A stretch of 64,000 nt of DNA from Amoeboaphelidium protococcarum X5. Lineage: Eukaryota; Fungi; Aphelidiomycota. Positions 1-10,851 of this stretch are shown piece by piece. Each line of letters opens with the position of its first letter. Positions within the stretch are counted from its first letter, which is position 1. The stretch is taken from the NCBI GenBank assembly GCA_023515725.1, contig JALDTO010000266.1, forward strand, positions 831,070 to 895,069, in the 5' to 3' direction. A program made the position numbers and the translations under genes. Under the pieces are notes generated by a model. It saw only the letters and a list, made by a program, of their open reading frames with translations. It had not been told where the DNA came from and did no database searches.

Positions 1-1071
1 AATTGCAAACAGATAGATATAAACTTACTCAGAGATGACCAGCCCCTAAAAGTAGTCCCACAAGGCAAACCAGCCCTGATTCGACTTACCAGCTCTGTTC
101 CGCTTGATGTAGAAGTCCATCGTTGCGTAGTAGGCAGTCTGCAAGAAGGAGATCTCGATCGTGGTACGTCTATAAAAAGACTTTCCATTAGACCAGGGAA
201 CCATCTTCTTTACTTCGCCGGCTGCAATCTGCTCCTTTGGCAATCTTTCAGGTATGGCCTCCCGAAGGATGTCAAAGTCTTCCAGATTGTCAGGGGTGAC
301 AGAGTGCCAGACACGGGAGAAGCGACGAGTGCCACCCATCGTCTTCAGCTTAGCCTACCACCTGTCTGTTGCTTCTTTCCTCACCCTTTTATCGACTTCC
401 CTATTGTCGATGTATTACGCCGGACCACACTTCATGGCTTTAAGGAAGTTGTCAGCACGACTGGATTTACCAGCCTTCTACTGAATTTCCTTATTGCCCA
501 GTGCAGCCAAGCGCAACTCAACCATAGGTATACCGAATCCTGGACGAGGAGATCGAAGCTCGCCAGTCGGAAACACCGGAGCACGAGGCATCAGCGGTGC
601 AATAACCTGACACAGAGCAGAGGCAGGAGCGGCATCAGTCTCAGGGCCAGAGGGACCAGCGGCAGACGGAACAGCTACAGCAAGCGGGGCAGAGACAGCA
701 GAGCCAGAACCAGAGCCAGTGTTGCCTTGTGTAACCACTGTCGCCTCAGATTGCTGGCTTTTCACTTCATCTACTCTCGAGGCCGGCTCTCCCGTCACTG
801 ACACAGAGTTCAGCACTTGTCTAGGAGGCAGAGAAGTAGAGAAGGTACTAGGACAATGCTACATCTTCTGTACTTGTGGTGTTTCGGGTGAGGTGGAAGT
901 GAAGATGAGGGGGGATGGTGGAGGTGGAGCAAATCGAAACGCCCAACAAGCAGCTGAAGTGTAGCGCATTCTGACCACAGTGGTGGCACCCAACAGAGTA
1001 GTAGAAGTAGTAGAAGTAGTTTCAGCATTAGATGCTTCACTAAAATCGCACAGTTCTCCAGCAATATACAT
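1..1071 (-). CDS. Hypothetical protein with Pro/Thr/Ala-rich N-terminal half; 3' end runs off the window
   Basis: ORF-track pieces 859-1260, 478-816 and 46-339 share one frame and are interrupted only by TAG/TAA. Likely ATG at 1071 (MYIAGELC). No family recognised. Confidence 0.45.
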
Positions 1072-2262
1072 TTTACTTTCGTTAATGTGTAGAGCCAGGA
1101 GGATAAGAAGTAAGTGCGGGGTCGAATATGCGTTTTGTTCGATTGTTTGTTTGTTTGTTTCCACTTTACAATGGTCATATGATATTCTCTGAAACGGAGT
1201 GCGTTTCTGTTTCACATTGTCTGAAACGCGCGTTTCATCTATCGGACTCCTCCTTTGCAACAGTTTACTACGCGCGTTCCATGCATTCTTCTCCTTAGCA
1301 ACTGCGTTGAACGCGGGACATGCCGCAGTGAACCCACATTCGCTGAGCGATAGGAGTACTAGTTATACTGCATTTACGTCAAAAATTGTTATTTTCATTT
1401 TTATTGGCAGGTAGAAGCATCTAAATACAATCAGTGTGTGGCCCGACACGAATGGCCATCTAAGCGCGTTTGGTTTTGATTCTTCATTTACTGCTCTGGC
1501 CGACAATCATATGATGTAAAAGCTCCAATGAAGGAATCTTAGTTTCACTGATTGAATGTGATTGCTCTGTTGCTTGCGTCATGGTGAATGAAATAAAATG
1601 GGGGAGAAATGTAAGAATATAAAACGGATAATCTAAATGTGACGGAGACTTTGTGTTTTATTCATAGGAGACCGCCTTTCAAAACTGGTGATTTATCACT
1701 ATTAGAGGGGCCACTCAAAGTGGTGCCTGTCATAGTGACCCTTAATAGAGCATGGATATCGAAAGAGAGATAAAGAGACTGATTACTAATTATTTGAAAA
1801 ATAGGCTAGACCTCACTTCTTGATATTGGCAAAATCTTCATCTACTTTACGGTTACTTCAAAGTTAATGTTAATATTGTTCAAGTTGGATGCTCCTGAAA
1901 ACTTACAAGAACGTTGTATCGATAAAAATATAACAGAGAGAACGACGAGAGATAAATATTAGACCAGCCTCAGGAACGGCATTGACGCGTTAGAGTCATG
2001 ATGGCCAAGGGGGAAACGTAAATGACACTCCTATAATTCTCGACTCAAAGAGGATGTAGTCTATGAATTTGACTAATGATGAATTATTAATGAAACTCAC
2101 CCCTAATCTCTCAGTAAGTTCGTTCGTTCCAGGCTGAACCACAAACCTTTTGCTTTCATACGAATATCATTCTCGTTTCTTTTTTCAATTCAAGACGCGA
2201 AAAGGCTCGATTTTATTTACATACACCAAAGCAACAGCACTTTATCCGGTATTTATAATATT

Positions 2263-3990
2263 ATTAGCAAAAAGAAGCAGATATTATGCCGTAACTTTTT
2301 GAAAGATGGTCGCTGTAAGTTTGGTATCAGGTGCGATTATTTACATGCTTTGAAAGAGCCGCCTATGCAATAAACTGTCCAGTAATAATAACCTGAAGTG
2401 GTGGTGGCGGCGGTGAAAGAGAGGCGAATGTCTGCACTCCTGCCATAGATGCTCGCATCACAGTCCCTATTCAAGAGTTTTCTGATATTAGAGGACTAGG
2501 CAATCACAGCGGTCAAGTAAATCTTAATGCGGAAGAAGAGTCTGAATAAACTGCTCTTGGCTGAGGATGACTGGATATCATCGCTGCAGCAGTTTACTGA
2601 TCTTCTACCGGAGCATTATAGTTCATAGTCTCCAGATGAGCCACTTACATCTTCATACATTCAGACACTATCCGCTGTACTCGATCGCTTTCTTAACTTA
2701 AATGAGCAGGAGTCTCCGAATGATTATCTTCTGGATGCTTTTGCGTGCCTCCTACCACTTATCACTCGTCTCATTGAAGTTGAATAGAATCAGCTGGTAT
2801 AAGGTACACCAAAAGGCACAGCAGCAGCAACATCGTCTTCAATCACTAATAAGAAGGCTGCCGTGTCTAGAAGTGGATCACCTGAGAGCGATCAACCTGT
2901 GAATAATGGTTATGTCATTGTCGTTCCTCTAAAGATTAATATTGCCACTGTACTGAAATATGCTGAACAGGCAGCATCGCCTTCATAAAAAGCCCATGTC
3001 CAAAGTGTGGTCAAGTAAGGCAAAGACATGACTTATTGCTCTTTTGCGTCCAAGATGGAGGGAATTCAATTTTTGCATCTTATTCGAGGTGAGCGCAAAG
3101 GCACAGATGCTCATTGGAAAGTGCCTCATATGAATAGAACTTCTGTGAATAATAGCGTGTACCAGAACATATTTGAATTCAGACCATTAGCTTCTGATGT
3201 GGATGGTCTTTTGAATTGTGAACACACTCCCGCTGACCTTTTGGAGTTTTATCGCCGCATGAAAGTGGACCACTTGTTCATAGACAGGGGATATAAATAC
3301 TTTATGGTGTCTATGAACAATGATTTGCTTGCTAAAAGTATCATGGAACAATCAGAGGATAATGGTATCTTTTATATTGGCAATATTGGATATCGGACTA
3401 TAGTTTGCAAGTAGCAGGGCTCTGTCAGCAATAGATATCTGGAAGCTCAACCTGATCATCTATCTCAAGCAGCGCTGGCATTAAGTATTCAGAGCGATGA
3501 TTAGAAAAGCTTGGTATCAGGGGGTAGTGTTAATGGATATTCAACTTCTTCAAGGCTCAACAAGAGTTCAACGCCCTCACTCTAAAAAGATGTGCCGTAT
3601 TTTTAAGATCGACGGCACGATGATGACGGCGATGATGAAGATTAGAAGTCGAATCCGTTGAAAAGCCTTTACGATAGAGTATCTCTACACTGCGAGGATA
3701 GCTTGGTTGAGCCTGCTCATTTCGAGTATTTAATTGTGGTGATGTAGCGTCTGCTAAGTCAAGGCTTTGTTCAACCCAAGAGAGTTACTGTGGCCCCATA
3801 TTTATAGAAATGTGACTGCTATACTTAGGCTGGTTGTTCATTATTCAAAGAGTTTGTTGCATTTGCAGTTGAGAGAGGTATAGTCACTATTGGAGGTGCT
3901 CAAGCAGATGCCTGGATTCAACTTTCACCTCGTTATATTGATTATCTGCCTGCATCACCATCTGTGCTTCGGTATTTAAGGGAAACTTGA
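2263..3990 (+). CDS. CCCH zinc-finger protein with a C-terminal winged-helix-like motif; start uncertain
   Basis: Frame open with TAR=Gln to TGA 3988-3990. C-x8-C-x5-C-x3-H finger CRNFLKDGRCKFGIRCDYLH at about 2287-2346. The C-terminal YTQAGCSLFKEFVAFAVERGIVTIGGAQADAWIQL resembles a motif seen in fungal NYN-associated proteins. Confidence 0.6.
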
Positions 3991-4083
3991 TGATTGATAT
4001 TTGATAAGAGTATAATATGATTTCTATAAAGTATAAAATCATCATCTTGATAACTGTCATTTTGGATTACTCATTCTTTTAAT

Positions 4084-7000
4084 TCAACCTTGTGCAAATA
4101 TGGATGGATGATATTCGGGCACATCAAACAGCAAAGGTCTTTGATATAATGACTGCTACTTTTGGTCTTTTAATGGAGAAGGTTTCTTCTATAATGCCGT
4201 AGAACCTTAATCACTGCCACCGTTCTAATCTTCGGACAAGTCAACCTATTGGAGAATCTTGAAGGCTCCAGTGCCGACATTCATATGCACACCCATGATA
4301 ATACGCTCAGATACTCCCTCAATGTGGTCAACTTTAGAGTAGGTGGACGCGTCAAAGAGGTGATCCGTGGTCTTCTCAAATGAGGCCAACATGAGAACGC
4401 TATCTTTCATCTTGGCAATACCAAATCGCGTTATGCCCAATACTTCACCCTTGAATGTCATGATATCAGCCAGAATCATCACATGCCTAGAATCAATGGT
4501 CATACCATGACTACTCATAGTATACTGAATCTGGTCGATGATGGATTATCTGGCAGCTTCAATACCCAACACCTACTCAACTTCAGCAATGTGATTACTG
4601 GTCGACTCTAGCCCAACGACACCATCAGTAGTCATCACCTGTCGCAAACCATAACCTTCAGCTAAAAGTTCATAATGACCGCTCTTGCCTTGTTGTTCAT
4701 TGATCACAGCTCTATTCACAGTGGGGATTCCGCAAATGATAACATCGGTGATCAGTCTCTTTACTCTCTACAGTTCATAGAATGCCGAGTCAGCCTTCTT
4801 AGCATCATGCACCAGGATTCGGATAGCCTGATTCTTCTTTGACATTTAGATATCTGATGCACCAACTTTGAGCTTTGGAGCCTTGGCTATAGCTGTACAT
4901 ATTGAACTCTCATCAATCTCAAGTTGCAACTGGCGTATAGCTTCCCAGTCAACCTTGAGATCTAGATAACAAGCAGAACCTGATATCACTTCCTACACAT
5001 ACTCAACAACTTGGCCCAACTTGGTCGCCTCAATTCTTCCCTTGACAATTCTAGCCACAGTCTGATTGTCATCCTTAACAAGTTTAGCTGTGATGATCGG
5101 AGTCTTGATGAGCTTCGAGGCATTGATAATCTCCTTAATACGCGGTACACCTAAAGTGATGCTCATAGACGCGACACCGGCAAAGTGAAAAGTTTTCAGA
5201 GTCATCTACGTACCTGGCTCACCAATAGATTGAGCCGCAAGAGCTCCTACAGCAGATCCGGGTTCAATCTTGGACTTGTAATACTTTCGCCGGCAAACGT
5301 TGACGAAGTTCTCCAAAATCTTTTGAGTGACTTTAAAGCCAGGAGTCGATACCTTAGGAGCCACTTTTTCTTACACAAAAGCCACTACACTGTCGCCATA
5401 CTGCTGGGGGCAATGCTATAGGAACTCTCCATCCATGACCAACTGCTTAACCACGTCACATACTTGATCTGGCAAAAGTAGCAGATCATCATCTTGCGCT
5501 CTATGTAGATTCATACAAGCCAAGAAGTTCTTATTAAAATCTACAGGCAGGTCATTGCCTTCCATAGACGTGGGATCCAGTTTATCATTTCCGTACTCAA
5601 ACTGTATCATTGATCCCACACTACTTCTCACACTGTAGTCATAGCTCACGGATAAATCTTCCAATGCCTTCATCAGTCTACGCTGCATGTATCCAGTCTC
5701 GGCCGTGTCAAATACATGCAAACCATTGGCCAAGCCGAAATTCAGAGTAGATGGCACAGTCAGATCGTACACTTTCATACCAGGCTGAGCAGGCATCTTG
5801 ACAATTTCCACAATCTCATCCAACACAACATCATTCTAGAAGGCGTAATTACAATGTTAAAGAGAACACTGTATTGACTTCAGTTACTTATCCTTTTCAG
5901 GAATTAGCAAGGTAAGATTATCTTTGAGCACCTGAGCCCAGTAAGCAGAAAATACAACGCGATGTTGAGGAAGGACATTATCAACCTCATTAGACTCCCA
6001 ATAAGCAACTTATATGCTTCCAAAAGCACCCAAGCGACTACATAGCATCGCAATACCTTCAGACAGACGCAGAGATACAGCACCGGAATCAAGACTGTAT
6101 TCAGATACTGATCCATTTCCAGTAAAGTAACCATTGAGAAGACCGACAACAAACTCCATTGGGGCAGTAAAAGCAACATCAGGCACAAACTTTTAACCAG
6201 CATCAGATCCAATCAACTGCTTCATAAACCTGGCGAGAACCATAGAACGGCCGCAAACACATTAGCGTATTCTACCCTTAAGACTCTTTGCGGTTGTATG
6301 CTCCCAATGTATGTTCAACTTATCAAACCAGCTTTGAACGAAATTCTGCACATTCTTGTCATTGATGAGAATGCTGATTCGCCCAGGCTAAATGTCACAC
6401 TCACCTTGAGCCAAATACAATCCAATAAACACTCCATTCTCATAATCCAATTGAAATTAGTCAGGAACGCGTCCATGCTCATCAAAACCGTTAGCATAAA
6501 CATCTTCAGGTAGATAATCCCTCATATCAATATACTGAACAGTGACAGAAGGCTCAGCCAACTACATAGTCACTGGCATTTAATCTCCAATGACAATCTA
6601 TGAAGTCAACTTCTCCTCAAACTTTCTGGTGATCTTGTCATAAATCAATAACGACTTGGATTCAACAACAGTCACAGAACGACCACCTTTAGTCTTGACT
6701 TCATACAGGACCTCACCTGGATCATGACGCGTTACAGCAGTGACTTAAGCCCACGATACATATCCATTAGAATCAGTGGTTGGTATATACACCTGATTAC
6801 TCACAGCGGCATCATTACCAATTCTTAACAACTCTGTATCATATTCCTACTAAAGAGTAACATGACTACCATTCATAGACAACAAAGAATCAATCCAATC
6901 TCCAATGAGGACATGCTTCGACTTTCCATCATCAATGATAACCAATGCCGTGTCTCCAGTGACACTCTTCACAGAAGTATCCACCAAACCTTCACGTCCA

Positions 7001-9558
7001 GACGCTGCGTGGAAGAAGAATTCTGTAGGAGACATTCCAGTATAGAAGGAGTTCTTCACAAAGCCCTTTGACGCCGGGTCTCTGGAGCGACGTTTAAAGT
7101 GTGGCAGAGTACGCTCATCAAAACCATCAGCTATTCTACTACCATTGATAATCTGCTGTCCGACACATGCCGTCATTTGACACACATTAATTTTGGAACC
7201 TTTAGAGCCACACACAGCCATGATTAGGGGAGAATTGTGCTTGTTCAACTCTTACAGACAGATCTAACCAAGATCATCACGAATCTTACTCAACTTACCA
7301 GACATTTACGCCTCCAGAGTCTGATCTTCATTACAACCAGCCTGACACTACAGAGTTCCCTGTTTATATTGCTCAATGTAGCCATCACATTCCTGATAGC
7401 CAGCCTTGATCACCTCATCACGCCTCTGCCACAGACGTTCGCCAGGTGCCACGTCCTCCAGTCCGATAGAGAAGCCCCGGTTCTGCATGAATCGAGCACA
7501 CAACTTTGCCAGTCGATTCATAAAATATCCTGCAACTTCGGGTCCATAATCTTTCAGGGCCACATACAGAATCGAGTCTTTGTTACCATCACCAACTATA
7601 CTCTTGTCAATAACACCCGACAGGACTTCACTATTATGCACAGCCACCCAACCATCATTTGGGCACTTGTAAACAGAAATATCTGGATTTTTGACAAAAG
7701 ACTTATTCTTACACTCCAAGTTTATGAATACTTGGCTTTATTTATTGGGACGCATCAGAATGTTGAACACCTATTTCCCCGTATATAACACTTAAGGCTT
7801 CAATATCACAGGATCAGGAAGATCTATACGTTCATTGGCATCAAACATAGAGCAACAGATTTAAACAAATTCTTCCTTAGTATAGAACGAATCCTTCTTG
7901 GTAATCAGATAAGCTCCAGTAATAAAATCCTACGTGGCCGCAATAAGAGGCTATCCATTTCGAGGTGTGACAAGATTATTCTTCGATCCCATAAGAACAA
8001 CAGCCTCTGCTTTAGCCTCCTCCGTCTATGGGACGTGCAAGTTCATCTCATCACCGTCAAAATCCGCGTTGAAGGGGGTACATACACACTCATTAAAGCG
8101 GAAGGTCTTCCATGGCTTGACAATGGCATAGAATGACATGATACTAAGCTTGTGCAAAGATGGCTACCGATTGAACAGCACCACATCACCATCCATCAAA
8201 TGCCGTTCCACCTCATCACCAATCTTCAACTCCCGGGCCAACTGTGAGCGATCAACAACAAATTTCAAGAATCGCTTCGGTTTACCTAGTTATTACATGA
8301 AATTGGCACCAGGATGTTTATCAGGCCCATTGATTACGCATTATCTCAGTCTCTAAATGTTAAACTCCGTAACAACCTCAGTATATGTTAGAGTTTTAGC
8401 CACCAAATCAGGCACAGCGACCTGATCAATGCGCAGATTCGGATCCGGACTGATCACCGTTCTGGCTGAGAAATCCACACGTTTACCACTTAGATTACCT
8501 CTAAATCTACCCTGCTTACCTTTCAGACGCTAACAGACACCTCTGATCCATTTTGTAGTCTGTGTTGCATTGGCAAGGTTAGGCAGCTCAGAGTTGACCA
8601 ACTGTGCCAGTGTAAGCTGCAATAACTCCCAATCTTCAGATACGCGTAGACTAGTATCACCATCCTGCAGTGACTTCAATATCATCTGATTAAGCATAAT
8701 GGCCTCAGCCAACTTCACAGTGATATCATCTTCATTACTTCCAGCGTCGCCCTTGTCCATTGCAACAGAGGGACGAATACACACTGGAGGCACAGGGATG
8801 GTGGTCCATAAAAAAGTCTCTGGGCGACCGCTGTCCACATTCAGACCAAGGAGTTCACAATCCTCTGAGGAGATGCGGGTGAATAGATCAAACACCTTGA
8901 GAGGAGTAAGATCATCCTATGCTTTCTGCAGATGCGCTTTAAACTCTAGAGATTCCTAACATAGCTTGTTAAACTTTTGATGGAATTAATTCTTTGCCAG
9001 CTCAAACTCGGCAGACTTGGACTTTGATTTGTACTTCTCATGCACTAGACGCAGAACGCCAGCCTTCTTCACCGTACCATTCAAGTCTCCACAGTACGGA
9101 CAGGTATGTACCTTCTTACACGCGCTGGTTATCGCTTTAATGATGGCCATTTTCTACGGATTATCCAAGCTAGGATTCCTCAACTTTCTTAAGTAAGCGC
9201 GTCTATCATCAACCTCCAATAATACTTTAGAGCAATTTTTACAGATTTGCTGCAGAATCTATTGAGTTGCCTTAAAGAATCCAGCATGGAACACTGGCAA
9301 CGCAAGACGAATGAATCCCCAATGACCAGCACACTCTGCAAGTTTCAGACCACACGTCTCACAAGTGGCGTCTTTGCCAGACACGCCCATCTTTGGATCC
9401 AAGATACCACCACGCGCAGGCGTTCTATTGACCGGATTGTAAAAATCGCGATTATAAATCTCCAACTCCGACTATGCTTATACCTCATTCGCATTCAGAA
9501 TACCAAATTCAATAGTTTTCACTCTCTTCTTTTAATTATCCACTACTAATTCCTTCAT
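4084..9558 (-). CDS. RPC1: RNA polymerase III largest subunit, intein-containing precursor (1824 aa, no introns)
   Basis: Starts [21 protein letters not shown]. Contains the Zn-binding [46 protein letters not shown], catalytic [39 protein letters not shown] and [23 protein letters not shown]. No CTD. Single frame with TAR=Gln, TGA at 4084-4086. Confidence 0.96.
5707..6966 (-). mobile_element. Intein (420 aa) with LAGLIDADG homing-endonuclease domain, inserted in the RPC1 bridge helix
   Basis: In-frame insertion splits DTSVK|[12 protein letters not shown]-terminus [11 protein letters not shown]. Block-B region [30 protein letters not shown]-like motifs [11 protein letters not shown] and [11 protein letters not shown]. 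Blocks [10 protein letters not shown]...[23 protein letters not shown], then +1 Thr. Confidence 0.94.
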
Positions 9559-9799
9559 ATTAACTAAAGCAAAGTATGCAAAAAAGTAAAAATTATATGC
9601 TGTGATACTGTGCTTTAAAGAGTAACAAGTGATAAGAACGCGAAAAGAGGAAAAAGAGATCACTTTTACTCGAACAAAGTTTTCTCGCTATAAAGCGACG
9701 CTGTAAAAGATTTTTTCGGAATCCCTCTCGCTAACTGCTTTTCTCTCGCCTTTTAGTAATAAATACAGTTCTTAGTGATAGATTATCTTATCGGATACC

Positions 9800-10243
9800 A
9801 TGAGCGCTTAGAGTTAGAAAGAAGATTAGGAAAGAGTTTATTATTTAGTTCCTTCAGTGGTTGAAGATGCTGCTGCTGCAGTTGCTGAGGAGGAGGACGA
9901 TGATGAGGATGATGGCCCACATGACGTCAAGGAGGATATTGAACGTGAATGCATGGAGACTAAAGAGTGTGCGCCTATCAAGTAAAAATTTGACGTTTGC
10001 ACAGAGCGAGTCAACTCCAATCCAGATTCAGAAGAGGATTGCGTTGAGGTAATGACTATTATAATTTCGACCTTTGTTGATTACAACTTATGCGCTCTAT
10101 CTTAATTGTAGGAGTTTTTCGATCTAATGCACTGCGTCCACAAATGTGTAAGTTCTGGGTGTTTGTTTATCGTATTATGTCTTACATTTATGGAATTATT
10201 ATTCGTGTAGGCTCCAGAAAAGTACTTTCATCATTTAAAATGA
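9800..10243 (+). CDS. QCR6: Cytochrome bc1 complex hinge subunit (introns 10049-10111 and 10148-10210)
   Basis: Acidic N-terminus, then DVKEDIERECMETKECAPIKQKFDVCTERV...EDCVE|EFFDLMHCVHKC|APEKYFHHLK*. Both introns are GT-AG. Confidence 0.9.
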
Positions 10244-10851
10244 CCATAATCATGTGGTAAATATATATTAAATTTGACTCTTGATCTTTATTGTATTGAC
10301 GCTTGCTTTTTGTATTCAGAGTTTAGCGCTAATTTTCAGTGCTACGTCCTGGTAATTTTAACGCGACCAAAAACAGGTTACTTTAAAATGAAATTCATCT
10401 TGGTGAGATAGGTTTTAAATGCCTTTTGGCTTACGGGCTGAATTCATAATATTGTATTGACTGAAGAACTATTTACTGTCATGTCGTTCTACCATGCCCT
10501 TTCTCAATTTCTCTCAAATAAGTCACGTCTACATCATTGATTAAAAGACGTGACATTATTCGTTCAAGATTTAATTTTGTAGATAAATAACAATCTCTAC
10601 CAGGGGTCCTGACTCGGTCGCGGGGGCGGAACGGACCGGGTCAGAATTATCGAGCGACGGAAAAATTTCTAACTTCAAACACTCCCATATATGACATTAA
10701 TCTGCATATGGGCGCTGTTAACAGCCCTATATGTCTGTCTTCACTCCCAAACTTGTAAGGATGTAAGTCTCGAAAGTGAGCAAAGGTGAAAATGTAAAAA
10801 AATCATATAGTATTAAAACACAGTCTTTCTCATATTGTTGATGGCCATGAA

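Noticed and set aside
1696-1738. Imperfect hairpin (TCACTAT...CCACT-CAA-AGTGG...ATAGTGA)
   Set aside because: Short, single-copy and without recognisable ncRNA or transposon-end context.
5707-6966. RPC1 insertion as a spliceosomal or self-splicing intron
   Set aside because: It is exactly in frame, has no TGA, lacks GT-AG ends at the junctions, and carries Hint blocks with Ser1 and Thr+1.
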